Numbered from the stretch's first letter, positions 8,997 to 18,329 are shown. The stretch: DNA of 64,000 bases from Oscillospiraceae bacterium (GCA_009782385.1 WRJE01000001.1:8303-72302), one strand, 5' to 3'. Notes: generated by a model not told the origin, from the letters alone. Program-made: numbers and translations.

Positions 8997-10193
8997 TTGC
9001 CGAGATATAATGTCGTTGCGAAAAATCTGGACAACAAGACAATAAAAAGTACGATAGAAGGCAGGGACGATGCCGACCTTAACAAACGTTTGCGCGATGC
9101 CGGGCTTACGCTGATTCGCTATACCGAAATAATTGAGAAATCCGCCGGATATAAAATGAAAGCCGATGAAGTAGCGGAATTTTCGCGCCAGTTGGCGAGT
9201 ATGCTGAGTTCAGGCATAACCGCCGCCCGCGCTATGGATATTATACGTGACCGCTATGTTAAACCTCAGCTCAAATCCGTCTACGACCGTATGTACAAAG
9301 ACGTTCAGAGCGGTCTTACGCTGTCGGAGGCTATGCGCGCGCTGACCCCTGTATTCCCCGAACTGTTCGTTAACATGATTGCTTCCGGTGAGGCGAGCGG
9401 TCAGCTCGACAAAGCCGCGGAGAAGATGGCGATACACTACGATAAAGAAGACAGGCTTAATAAAAAAATCAAATCCGCGATGACATACCCCATCATTTTG
9501 GTTTGTTTTTTGGTGGTGGCGGTTATAGGGCTGTTCACCTTTATACTGCCGGAATTTTTCGTGCTGTTCGATGATTTTGACGGTGCGTTGCCGCTGATTA
9601 CAAATGTCGTCATCTCGATAAGCGAATTTATGGTGAACAACACGCTCTTCCTTATCATAGGGATACTGTTGCTGCTCGTATTCTTCGGCTGGCTGTTGTC
9701 ATTGGATAATATCAGATGGGCGGCGGACAAGGCAAAGCTGCGCGTCCCTAAAATCGGCGCGTTACTTCAGATTATATACACCGCTCGTTTTTCAAGAACA
9801 CTCAGTTCCCTTTACACAAGCGGATTGTCTATGACGAACGCACTGGATATTTCCTCGACAATAATGGGCAACAAGTATATAGAAAAACAGTTTGAAGAAG
9901 TTATTAAAGATGTACGTAACGGCGAGCCTTTGAGCGACTGCCTCTCAAAGGTAGACGGTTTCGACAGGAAGCTCACGGCATCGGTTCTCATAGGAGAGGA
10001 ATCGGGGCGGCTCGACACCATGCTTGTAGCCGTTGCCGACAGCTTCGATTACGAGGCCGAGATGGCGACAACGCGCATGGTGCAGATGATTGAGCCTATT
10101 CTGATAGTAGTCATGGCATTCTTGGTCGGCACGGTTATACTGTCGGTTTTAATGCCGATACAGACGCTTTATAACAGCATCGGAACTTATTAA
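8997..10193 (+). CDS. pilC: Type IV pilus platform protein PilC (T2SS F family)
   Basis: FSRQLASMLSSG, GEASGQL, SAMTYP, GEESGRL, IEP motifs; TTG start after G-rich RBS. Confidence 0.92.
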   Translation: MPRYNVVAKNLDNKTIKSTIEGRDDADLNKRLRDAGLTLIRYTEIIEKSAGYKMKADEVAEFSRQLASMLSSGITAARAMDIIRDRYVKPQLKSVYDRMYKDVQSGLTLSEAMRALTPVFPELFVNMIASGEASGQLDKAAEKMAIHYDKEDRLNKKIKSAMTYPIILVCFLVVAVIGLFTFILPEFFVLFDDFDGALPLITNVVISISEFMVNNTLFLIIGILLLLVFFGWLLSLDNIRWAADKAKLRVPKIGALLQIIYTARFSRTLSSLYTSGLSMTNALDISSTIMGNKYIEKQFEEVIKDVRNGEPLSDCLSKVDGFDRKLTASVLIGEESGRLDTMLVAVADSFDYEAEMATTRMVQMIEPILIVVMAFLVGTVILSVLMPIQTLYNSIGTY

Positions 10194-10219
10194 CAGCATC
10201 TGATGGGGGGCGCGATTTG

Positions 10220-11638
10220 ATGAAGTCCGCGATTTATATAGGACAGGAACACATAGAGGTTGTCGGCTATTCCGGCGAAGCAGGCGGCGTTAAGGTGTCG
10301 CATTATGCGTATGCCGATTTACCCGAGAGAACGATGATTAACGGTAACATTACCGAGTCATCGGCTCTTGCCGAGCAGTTAACGCAGCTTAAACTCCGCT
10401 ATCCACGGCTTTTCAGTGACATTACACTGGTAATCGACTCTAACGCCCTGTCGGTGAAAGAGATACCCGTGCCGAAGCTGAACCACAAGCGGTACTTGCA
10501 AACCGTGCGTGAGGAACTCAACATCAAACCGGGCGACGACATCGTGTTCGACTATGATATTCTGCGTAAGCCGGACGGCAAGACCGCGCTGCTCGCTATA
10601 AGCTCGCCGCTCTCTTTTCTGGCGAGCTACCTCGATGTGTTCACGGAGGCCGGTATAAAACTGAGTGCCGTTCGCGTTGGCTCGGAGTCGATTGTTGCGT
10701 ATATAAAATCGCGGAAAGACTTGAGGGACAAAACCTTTGTCATAAATATTGTAGACGGCATATCTATGCACTCCGTAATATTCAGCAATGGGCAGAACGT
10801 GTTTTCCACGCGCTCAAGATTGGCGTTCGACAATGAAATGAGCTTGATTCAGAGCATCGCCAACAACTACCCTTCGCTTGTACGGTTTATGAGCTCGGAA
10901 AAATTACCGGAAATCGAAAACAGCTATTATCTGGGACTTACCGACCATCAGTTGGAAATGCTCAAAATGCACGGTGACAACCTTCACGGCTTCAATCTCT
11001 TCGGGCATTCCAGAAGGGCGGCGGCGGCAGTCACCAACACTTGCCATATGTCTTTCATCGGCGCGTATAACAACGGTATTAACCTGTTAGACAGCCTAAA
11101 GAACATGAAGAAGTATATGCGCGAGTATAAACCGCTCAGTCCGATGTGGGCAATACCTGCCGCAGGCGTTATGATAATAGCGGCGTTGTATCTCGTTCCG
11201 ACACTTTTAACAAGACCTATACAGAACGAGATAGACTCTATCAATCGTTGGCTCAATGACCCGGAAACTAACGCCAAATTAAATGAAATTGACGAAATTA
11301 CAAACAAAACCACAAATATGATAGCGGTCATTATCGAGATGGAGGAAGCACTGCTCGATGGTGAGCGTTACGACCAGCTGTCGGAGGAGTTGCTTAATCT
11401 GTTGGTAACAACGGACAGGAATGTTATTGTCGAAACTTTGCGGCTCGATGAAATGGGTATTATCATCTTAAACGGCAGCAGCGACACGGAGACCGACAGT
11501 GCGCGTTATGTCGCTATGCTGTCCGCGAGCGACCTTGTCGGTGATGTCAGTTACACCGGATACAGATATGACAACGCCGAACGGTACAGATTTTCATTGC
11601 AGATTAATCTTCCGATTATAGAAAGCGAGGAGGAATAG
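10220..11638 (+). CDS. Fused PilM-PilN-like alignment protein
   Basis: N-terminal PilM-like (actin-fold) region, a single TM near aa 310-330, then a PilN-like domain; lies between pilC and pilO. Confidence 0.7.
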   Translation: MKSAIYIGQEHIEVVGYSGEAGGVKVSHYAYADLPERTMINGNITESSALAEQLTQLKLRYPRLFSDITLVIDSNALSVKEIPVPKLNHKRYLQTVREELNIKPGDDIVFDYDILRKPDGKTALLAISSPLSFLASYLDVFTEAGIKLSAVRVGSESIVAYIKSRKDLRDKTFVINIVDGISMHSVIFSNGQNVFSTRSRLAFDNEMSLIQSIANNYPSLVRFMSSEKLPEIENSYYLGLTDHQLEMLKMHGDNLHGFNLFGHSRRAAAAVTNTCHMSFIGAYNNGINLLDSLKNMKKYMREYKPLSPMWAIPAAGVMIIAALYLVPTLLTRPIQNEIDSINRWLNDPETNAKLNEIDEITNKTTNMIAVIIEMEEALLDGERYDQLSEELLNLLVTTDRNVIVETLRLDEMGIIILNGSSDTETDSARYVAMLSASDLVGDVSYTGYRYDNAERYRFSLQINLPIIESEEE

Positions 11639-11640
11639 AC

Positions 11641-12195
11641 GTGGAAAAGAAAAAACTGACCGGGCGTGAAAAAATCCTAATATCAATAGTCATAGCCGCG
11701 GGTGCGCTGTTCCTTGCTTTTAATTTTCTCATAGTGCCGGCTTTCAATAATTACAGTGATAAATCCGAAGAGGTTGAGATTCTGAAAACAGAAAAAGCTC
11801 TTGCCGAGGATAAAATCGCGACTTATCTGAGCAAAGTCGAGAATTATAACAGAACGCGCGAAGAGTTTGACGAAATAAAAGCCCTGTTTCCCGAATCGCT
11901 GACAAGCTACGAGTTGGATCAGCTGTTGACGGAGCTGTGCAAGCGTCACGGGCTTGATCCGACATACTTGGATATATATTCAAGACCTCCGGCAGAGGGC
12001 GCGGCTATGACGAACGCCACGCTTAGAGTTTCCGTTTCGACCCAGTACCCCGACATCACGCGGTTTGTCACAACGATTAACAGCATAGATTATTTGCAGT
12101 TGTCGTCGTTCAACTATATTTTGAAAGAAGATTTTATTACCGTTGATATGGGCGTTAATGTTCAAATGTATGTGTTGGGAGAGAATTTTGACTGA
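11641..12195 (+). CDS. PilO/GspM-like protein
   Basis: KLTGREK plus TM, coiled coil, Y.DI..FV motif. Confidence 0.75.
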   Translation: MEKKKLTGREKILISIVIAAGALFLAFNFLIVPAFNNYSDKSEEVEILKTEKALAEDKIATYLSKVENYNRTREEFDEIKALFPESLTSYELDQLLTELCKRHGLDPTYLDIYSRPPAEGAAMTNATLRVSVSTQYPDITRFVTTINSIDYLQLSSFNYILKEDFITVDMGVNVQMYVLGENFD

Positions 12196-12260
12196 TACCG
12201 GAGCTTAATTCCTCCCGGCAATAAATTTTTCCAAATCGCGGATTTTTTCTGTTTTTCGTA

Positions 12261-12289
12261 TTGACAAACTGATAAAGCGGTATTATAAT
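12261..12289 (+). promoter_or_regulatory. Consensus SigA promoter of tRNA pair
   Basis: TTGACA-17nt-TATAAT. Confidence 0.8.
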
Positions 12290-12304
12290 GTCAAAGTAGC
12301 TCTC

Positions 12305-12391
12305 GCCGGAGTGGCGGAACTGGCAGACGCCCGGGACTTAAAATCCCGTGTTCGCAAGAACGTACCGGTTCGAGCCCGGTCTCCGGCACCA
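12305..12391 (+). tRNA. tRNA-Leu (TAA)
   Basis: GCCGGAG...CTCCGGC acceptor stem, anticodon loop CTTAAAA, long variable arm, GGTTCGAG T-loop, encoded CCA. Confidence 0.95.
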
Positions 12392-12400
12392 TGTAAATAT

Positions 12401-12476
12401 CGCGGAGTGGAGCAGTTGGCAGCTCGTTGGGCTCATAACCCAAAGGTCAAGGGTTCAAATCCCTTCTCCGCAACCA
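12401..12476 (+). tRNA. Initiator tRNA-fMet (CAT)
   Basis: C1:A72 mismatch, three G:C pairs closing anticodon loop CTCATAA, GGTTCAAAT, CCA. Confidence 0.95.
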
Positions 12477-12478
12477 CG

Positions 12479-12513
12479 AAAATCCCTTGAACCGCAACGG
12501 CTTGAGGGATTTT
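12479..12513 (+). terminator. Hairpin after tRNA-fMet (terminator; possibly also att-arm relic)
   Basis: AAAATCCCTTGAACCGCAACGGCTTGAGGGATTTT. Confidence 0.7.
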
Positions 12514-12643
12514 GCTCTGCTTGTAGTTTCCCGCAGTTTGCTTCTCTTCCCGATGTTCATACACATTGGCGGGCTTCCGCCGTTTATATAAATTATTGCT
12601 AAACACCCCCTCCTCATGGTATAATAACTGTAGAGGTGATTTT

Positions 12644-12928
12644 ATGAGCAAGACATATCGATTTGTGAATCATACCGAGCCTATTCCCAAAGCTGAAATA
12701 GAGCGTTTGTATGATGGTTACTGGGTTTATGTCGTTAAAGCAAGGGCGGAAGATACGGGACGGCTTTTAGAGGGTATTCCCGTTATTATAGGTTCTGTTC
12801 CGTATGACGGAGCAGAGGACGGAATTTATGAGCAATATAAAACAGATGAGTATAACAGTCGTGTCGGTATTTCATTTCGACATGACGAGGGATTTATATC
12901 TTCATTACGACTGGCGGGTACTGCTTAA
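12644..12928 (+). CDS. Small hypothetical protein (DUF5678-like, IE..Y.G.WV motif) coupled to aspartyl protease
   Basis: Own promoter (TTGCTA...TGGTATAAT 12596-12625), RBS AGAGGTG, TAATG overlap with next gene. Confidence 0.65.
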   Translation: MSKTYRFVNHTEPIPKAEIERLYDGYWVYVVKARAEDTGRLLEGIPVIIGSVPYDGAEDGIYEQYKTDEYNSRVGISFRHDEGFISSLRLAGTA

Positions 12929-13416
12929 TGACTAATTATTTGAATTTTGCTTATACCTCGGAAATGGACTTGGAATATCGCGCAGAAGACGGACATCGGC
13001 ATATAATGATACCCGTGTTTTACAAAGACAACAGTTACTCAAATGACACGGTAGATTTTATCATCGACACAGGTGCATACATAACCGTACTTACAAAAGA
13101 GACCGCGCTTATGTTTGGATTTGACAAGTTGGAGCCTATCAAACGAAATATCCCTCTGACAGGATTCGCGGGGTTTCGCATTGAAGGTGATTTGGTGGAA
13201 ATATCTATGCTTTTAGGTGGCAGACGGCTTGTAAACGCCAAAGTTGCCATACCACACGAACATACCACCGACAACATTTTAAGTCTTAATATATTGGAAC
13301 ATTTTAACTATCTCGTAGATAATCTTAACGATAAGATATTCTTTGCGGATAATCCCGAATATAAAGCACGGATTGAACTAAAATGCGGTAGTGTGTTGGT
13401 TGTTACGGACAAATAA
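12928..13416 (+). CDS. Retropepsin-like (clan AA) aspartyl protease
   Basis: FIIDTGAYIT catalytic motif; LTGFAG flap; C-terminal ILSLNIL (ILG-like). Confidence 0.8.
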   Translation: MTNYLNFAYTSEMDLEYRAEDGHRHIMIPVFYKDNSYSNDTVDFIIDTGAYITVLTKETALMFGFDKLEPIKRNIPLTGFAGFRIEGDLVEISMLLGGRRLVNAKVAIPHEHTTDNILSLNILEHFNYLVDNLNDKIFFADNPEYKARIELKCGSVLVVTDK

Positions 13417-13498
13417 ACTTTCTGCTCACGAAAAACGCAGTAATATAAGTGAACCGCCTGTCTGTTTCTAACACACTGGACGAGCGGGGCTTACAAAG

Positions 13499-13525
13499 CG
13501 GGACGCGCGGGGGCGCGTCCCCTAC
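13499..13525 (-). repeat. GTAG REP-like hairpin abutting pcrA -35 box
   Basis: CGGGACGCGCGGGGGCGCGTCCCCTAC. Confidence 0.8.
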
Positions 13526-13554
13526 TTGACTTATGTCCTCAAGTTTTGTATAAT
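13526..13554 (+). promoter_or_regulatory. SigA promoter of pcrA
   Basis: TTGACT-17nt-TATAAT. Confidence 0.7.
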
Positions 13555-13579
13555 CAAGGTGTTTTGAGGTATATGAGTT

Positions 13580-15763
13580 ATGAATAAGCTAAATCCCCGT
13601 CAAATCGAGGCAATTACCGCGCCGGACGGTCCCGTACTCGTTCTCGCGGGCGCGGGCAGCGGAAAAACCACAGTCCTGATAGAGCGTATCGCGTATCTCA
13701 TACGCGAACGCGGCGTACTCCCCTACGCGATATTAGCCATCACTTTTACTAAAAAAGCCGCCGAGGAACTGCGCTCACGGCTTACAAAGCAGCTCGGCAT
13801 CGGCGCGAACGATGTGTGGGCGTTCACGTTCCACGCCGCCTGCTCAAAAATACTCCGCCGCGACATCGAGCGGTTGGGTTACACCAAGGACTTCACCATT
13901 TACGACACCGATGACAGCGCGCGTATCGTTAAGATGTGCCTTAATGATTTGCAGCTCGACCCCAAGCAGTTCAACCCAAGGGCGATGCACGCTTGTATTT
14001 CCCGCGAGAAGAACGCCGATGTGCCGCCCTCGCGTTATGAGGAAAACTTCGGCGGCGGCAAGCAAATACAAGAAATTTACACCCTGTATGTAAAAAGACT
14101 GCGCTTGAACAACGCGTTGGATTTTGACGATATACTGCTGAAAACCGTGGAGCTTTTCGAGAAAAACCCCGATGTTTTGGAGTTCTATCAAAGAAAATTC
14201 CGCGCCCTGCTCGTTGACGAATATCAGGACACGAACACCCTGCAATATAAACTCTGCGCCATGCTTTCCGCAAAAAGCCGCAATATTTTTGTCGTTGGAG
14301 ATGATGACCAGAGCATTTACCGTTTTCGCGGCGCGACAATCGAGAATATACTGAGCTTTGAAAAAGAATACCCCGATGCCACTGTTATCCGCCTTGAGCA
14401 AAACTACCGCTCCACACAGAACATACTTACAGCCGCCAACAATCTAATCGAAAACAATCTCGGGCGCACGGGAAAATCACTGTGGACGGATACGGGCAGC
14501 GGTCAGCCCATATCGTTGTGCCGCGCCGAAAATGACTACTACGAGGCCGACTACATAGCCGACTGTATTGAGCGGCACGTCAACGGCGGCGGCAAGTACA
14601 GCGACATGGCGATTCTTTACCGCATAAACGCGCTGAGTAACCGTATTGAGGAGGCGTTAAGGCGGCGGAGCATACCCTATCGTGTGATAGGCGGCACGCG
14701 CTTCTTTGACCGGGCGGAAATCCGTGATATGCTGGCATATCTGCATATACTTAACAACCCCGCCGATGACTTGCGGCTCACACGTATCATCAACATACCA
14801 CCGCGCGGTATAGGAGACAAGACAATCGGGGGCGTTATCGCCGAGGCCGCCGCGAAAGGCGTTCCGATGATGGATATAATAAAACAGTCCGCTCACCCCG
14901 CGTTGGCTCGCTTTTACAAGATATATGAGAATCTCCGCGATTTGATAGATACCATGCCGCTGACAGAACTCTACGATACCCTTCTTGAAACTACGGGATA
15001 TGTTCGCGTTCTTAGGGAAAAGAACGACTTTGAATCTGACGGACGCGCGGAGAACGTCATGGAACTGAAGTCCACTATAAAGAAATTCGGTGACGACTTC
15101 GCGGAGGGTACACTGTCGGAGTTCTTGGAGAGCGTATCACTTGCCACGGATGTGGAAAACTATGACGCGGGCGCGAACGCCGCCGTCTTGATGACTATAC
15201 ACAGCGCGAAAGGTCTGGAATTTCCAACAGTTTTCATCGCCGGACTTGAGGAGGGTATATTCCCCTCCCTGCGCTCGCTCGACCCGATGGATTTGGAGGA
15301 AGAGCGGCGGCTCTGCTATGTCGCCATCACACGCGCGAGGCGGCAGCTTCACATCACATACTCGGCAAGCCGCACATTGTACGGGCAGTCCAATTACAGC
15401 CCCGTTTCACGCTTTATCGGGGAACTGCCGAATGAATGTGTCGAGAAAGCGGAACACGCGGTGAAAGCCGCGCCGTATGGTGATATGCGCGTTGAGGCGA
15501 CAGTTCGGCGGACGACCGAAGGTCGTCCCTACGGGGTATCTTCCCAACGGGCGACCGGTAGCCGCCCCTACAGTGTGACACCCTCCCCGGAGGTGTCGTT
15601 TACCAAGGGTTCGACCGTCAATCACAAGGCGTTCGGGCGCGGCACGGTAACAAACGTGTCGCCGATGGGCGGCGACGCGCTGATTGAAGTGGCTTTTGAT
15701 ACGGTCGGCACGAAACGGCTCATGCAAAAGACCGCGTCGGCGCATATGACGGTTGAAAGTTAA
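13580..15763 (+). CDS. pcrA: ATP-dependent DNA helicase PcrA/UvrD
   Basis: AGAGSGKT, DEYQD, VGDDDQSIY, EQNYRS, TIHSAKGLEF, EERRLCYVAITRA; C-terminal Tudor domain. Confidence 0.97.
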   Translation: MNKLNPRQIEAITAPDGPVLVLAGAGSGKTTVLIERIAYLIRERGVLPYAILAITFTKKAAEELRSRLTKQLGIGANDVWAFTFHAACSKILRRDIERLGYTKDFTIYDTDDSARIVKMCLNDLQLDPKQFNPRAMHACISREKNADVPPSRYEENFGGGKQIQEIYTLYVKRLRLNNALDFDDILLKTVELFEKNPDVLEFYQRKFRALLVDEYQDTNTLQYKLCAMLSAKSRNIFVVGDDDQSIYRFRGATIENILSFEKEYPDATVIRLEQNYRSTQNILTAANNLIENNLGRTGKSLWTDTGSGQPISLCRAENDYYEADYIADCIERHVNGGGKYSDMAILYRINALSNRIEEALRRRSIPYRVIGGTRFFDRAEIRDMLAYLHILNNPADDLRLTRIINIPPRGIGDKTIGGVIAEAAAKGVPMMDIIKQSAHPALARFYKIYENLRDLIDTMPLTELYDTLLETTGYVRVLREKNDFESDGRAENVMELKSTIKKFGDDFAEGTLSEFLESVSLATDVENYDAGANAAVLMTIHSAKGLEFPTVFIAGLEEGIFPSLRSLDPMDLEEERRLCYVAITRARRQLHITYSASRTLYGQSNYSPVSRFIGELPNECVEKAEHAVKAAPYGDMRVEATVRRTTEGRPYGVSSQRATGSRPYSVTPSPEVSFTKGSTVNHKAFGRGTVTNVSPMGGDALIEVAFDTVGTKRLMQKTASAHMTVES
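15509..15571 (-). repeat. Two tandem REP-like units in frame inside pcrA
   Basis: CGGACGACCGAAGGTCGTCCCTAC and CGGGCGACCGGTAGCCGCCCCTAC; encode RTTEGRPY...RATGSRPY. Confidence 0.85.
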
Positions 15764-15765
15764 TC

Positions 15766-16677
15766 ATGAAAACATTCACGGCAACCGAAAACGACGCGGA
15801 TATGCGCCTTGACCGCTTTATTACAAGACTTCTGCCGCATTTGCCCCCGTCACTAATACAGAAGTCAATAAGGCAGAAAAAAGTGCGCCTTAACGGCAAG
15901 CACCCAAAGCCCGACGCGCGTATCGCGGCGGGCGACTTAATCACGCTCTATCTGCGCCCGGAGCAGTTAACGCCGCCGACCGCGTCCGCTCCACAAATCC
16001 CCATATACCAAAGCACGCCGTTCGTTGATGTTGTATATGAAGATAAGCACGTACTCATTGCCAACAAGCCAATCGGGCTGCTGTCACAGGACGACTCATC
16101 GCCCGATTCTCTGGCTTCACGCATATGCGCTTATCTCTATGACAGCGGGGAATGGCGGCCGCAGAACGGTTTCAAGCCGGAGTTGTGCCACCGTATAGAC
16201 CGCAATACAAGCGGGTTGGTAATCGCCGCGAAAACCCATACCGCGCTGACAATCATGTGCGAGAAAATACGCCTGCGTGAGGTCGAAAAATACTATCTCT
16301 GTTTGGTACACGGACAGCCGAGTGACGGCACATTCAAAGATTTTATCTTCAAGCACACAAACGAAAGCCGCGTTACCTTAACTTCAAATCCGGTACGCGG
16401 CGCGAAAACGGCGGTAACACACTGCCGAACGCTTGAAAACAGAGGGGATTTATCGCTTCTGGAGTGCCGCCTTGAAACGGGACGCACACACCAAATTCGG
16501 GCGCAGCTCGCCTTTCACGGTCACCCGCTGTACGGTGACGGAAAATACGGACACGACAAGGGTACGCAATGCCTGTGCGCTTATAAATTAAAATTCGCTT
16601 TCAAGACTTCGGCGGGATGCCTTGGATATCTGAACGGTAAAACGGTTGAATTGAAGGAACTGCCGGAATGGACGTAA
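15766..16677 (+). CDS. RluA/RluC/RluD family pseudouridine synthase
   Basis: S4 domain, NKP.GL, HRIDRNTSG, TGRTHQIR. Confidence 0.95.
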   Translation: MKTFTATENDADMRLDRFITRLLPHLPPSLIQKSIRQKKVRLNGKHPKPDARIAAGDLITLYLRPEQLTPPTASAPQIPIYQSTPFVDVVYEDKHVLIANKPIGLLSQDDSSPDSLASRICAYLYDSGEWRPQNGFKPELCHRIDRNTSGLVIAAKTHTALTIMCEKIRLREVEKYYLCLVHGQPSDGTFKDFIFKHTNESRVTLTSNPVRGAKTAVTHCRTLENRGDLSLLECRLETGRTHQIRAQLAFHGHPLYGDGKYGHDKGTQCLCAYKLKFAFKTSAGCLGYLNGKTVELKELPEWT

Positions 16678-16684
16678 CGCAAAT

Positions 16685-16756
16685 GGGACGCGCGGGGGCG
16701 CGTCCCGTTGATAATAAACGTCATATTTTATGCGGACGACCAAAGGTCGCCCCTAC
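16685..16756. repeat. Two REP-like hairpins (one headless)
   Basis: GGGACGCGCGGGGGCGCGTCCC (same core as 13499) and CGGACGACCAAAGGTCGCCCCTAC. Confidence 0.75.
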
Positions 16757-16760
16757 GATA

Positions 16761-16795
16761 AAAAATGGCGGATTGCCATCCGCCATTTTATTTTT
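16761..16795. terminator. Bidirectional intrinsic terminator
   Basis: AAAAATGGCGGATTGCCATCCGCCATTTTATTTTT between convergent genes. Confidence 0.8.
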
Positions 16796-16802
16796 ACCTA
16801 TT

Positions 16803-17831
16803 TTACAATATTCTTCTCGCACCTACAAAGTACCTTGTGTAATAATTCTCCGACATTGAGGTTATAATTACCCCGCCCCTTCTCGATGATGCGTGTATAA
16901 ATTTATCGTCTCCGATAAATATACCCACATGACTGGCTGCGGCTTTGTTAATGCTCGGGTCGCGGAACAGAACCAAATCTCCGACTTGCAACTCCGCTTT
17001 TGAGATAGTCACGCCGTTGTTCAACTGCCCCGCCGAACTGCGGTTGAGCGAGTATCCGAAATTTTTGTATACATAGGTCGTAAATCCGGAGCAATCAAAC
17101 GTATTCGGCCCGGAAGTGCCGTATTTATACTTTTTGCCGAGATAACTTTTCGCAAAATTAACTATTTCAGTCTGTATGTCCGTCAACGCGCCCGTTGGCA
17201 CCGCGACATCTTCGATATAAATATTCGCTTCGCCGTCATCGGCATAGTCGCCGTCACCGTCCATAAGCTCGGGTTCAACGTCATCGTCAATCATATCAAC
17301 TTGAACAGGCTGTTCCATAACACGGGCGGGTCTTTCAACATTGAGATAATCGGCGTGGATATAGCCCACAGTCCCGTCACGGCTGACCTTAAACCAACCC
17401 GCTGAAACACCGATTATGTTAACACGGTCACTCGTATTAAGTTTCGTCTGTATATTCGCGTTTAACGAGGGTTCACCGCGCACGTTAACGTTTGTGCCGT
17501 TAATGACACCGTCACCGATATCCATATCGGCATCGCCGATGAGCTTAACATATTCCGCCGACACATAGCCGATTTGATAGTTATGTACGACCTTGTACCA
17601 TTCCCCGTTTTCAACGGAATCTAAAATGAGAATTGTCGCGCCGTTCGATATGCGTCCCATTTCCTTGCCGCTCAGTGACGGCGCGGCGCGGAAACGAAGA
17701 GAGCTTGCTTTAACCTGACCCATTTGTGCTTCGGCTGCCAATGAATTTGCTGAAATTGCAAATAAAACGATAAATAGCAGTGCCGATGCCGTTAACAGTT
17801 TCTTTAGCGAAGATAGCATAGATTCCTCCAA
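16803..17831 (-). CDS. Secreted SH3b-SH3b-NlpC/P60 peptidoglycan endopeptidase
   Basis: Signal peptide, two SH3b repeats (GYVSAEY, GYIHADY), FDCSG and HVGIFIG..FIHAS. Confidence 0.92.
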   Translation of the reverse strand: MEESMLSSLKKLLTASALLFIVLFAISANSLAAEAQMGQVKASSLRFRAAPSLSGKEMGRISNGATILILDSVENGEWYKVVHNYQIGYVSAEYVKLIGDADMDIGDGVINGTNVNVRGEPSLNANIQTKLNTSDRVNIIGVSAGWFKVSRDGTVGYIHADYLNVERPARVMEQPVQVDMIDDDVEPELMDGDGDYADDGEANIYIEDVAVPTGALTDIQTEIVNFAKSYLGKKYKYGTSGPNTFDCSGFTTYVYKNFGYSLNRSSAGQLNNGVTISKAELQVGDLVLFRDPSINKAAASHVGIFIGDDKFIHASSRRGGVIITSMSENYYTRYFVGARRIL

Positions 17832-17844
17832 AAATTCTTGCTTT

Positions 17845-18162
17845 CTAGGACGCGAGAGCGCGTTCTAACCAAACCGTCGCCAAATCCATGGCGGCGTAAA
17901 GCCCGTCTTTTGTGCTGTTTTTAATAACCCTATCCCTAGCCTTTACATCCGGCGAGGTGTACTGAAGCTGAACCGATACGCGTGTCGCCACATCGAGTTC
18001 GCCCTCGGTCTGCTTGTCGGGTGTCTGTTTCGTCTCCAAAACTTGGAGCATGATGATATACCTATCCGCCATGCTGCCATAGTAGATTATGTTCTCATAA
18101 CGCATGAGCGGCTTGCCTTTGTACATCATGCCCTCACCCGGTTTCATCTTTGTCACGGACAA
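17845..18162 (-). CDS. Hypothetical protein
   Basis: RBS GAGGTGG before TTG; YKGKPL.R..NIIYYGSM motif; co-oriented with neighbours. Confidence 0.7.
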   Translation of the reverse strand: MSVTKMKPGEGMMYKGKPLMRYENIIYYGSMADRYIIMLQVLETKQTPDKQTEGELDVATRVSVQLQYTSPDVKARDRVIKNSTKDGLYAAMDLATVWLERALAS

Positions 18163-18259
18163 CTGTTCCACCTCGTTTTCGATTTGTAACCAAATTGTAA
18201 CATACATACAATTATTTGTCAACTAGATTTTGACAAATTTTTTTCGGAAAATTTTTCCT

Positions 18260-18322
18260 GTTGGGGCGGATGGCAATCCGCCCGTTGTTTTTGGACGGCG
18301 CGCCGGGGTCGTTGCGCCCTAC
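18260..18322. repeat. Inverted REP-like doublet
   Basis: GTTGGGGCGGATGGCAATCCGCCCG...GACGGCGCGCCGGGGTCGTTGCGCCCTAC. Confidence 0.8.
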
Positions 18323-18329
18323 AATGGGG

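Noticed and set aside
12348-12651. ORFs overlapping the tRNA genes
   Set aside because: Shadow frames across tRNA-Leu and tRNA-fMet.
12477-13500. Integrative element at tRNA-fMet
   Set aside because: No integrase and no duplicated tRNA 3' end found in the window; at most a relic.
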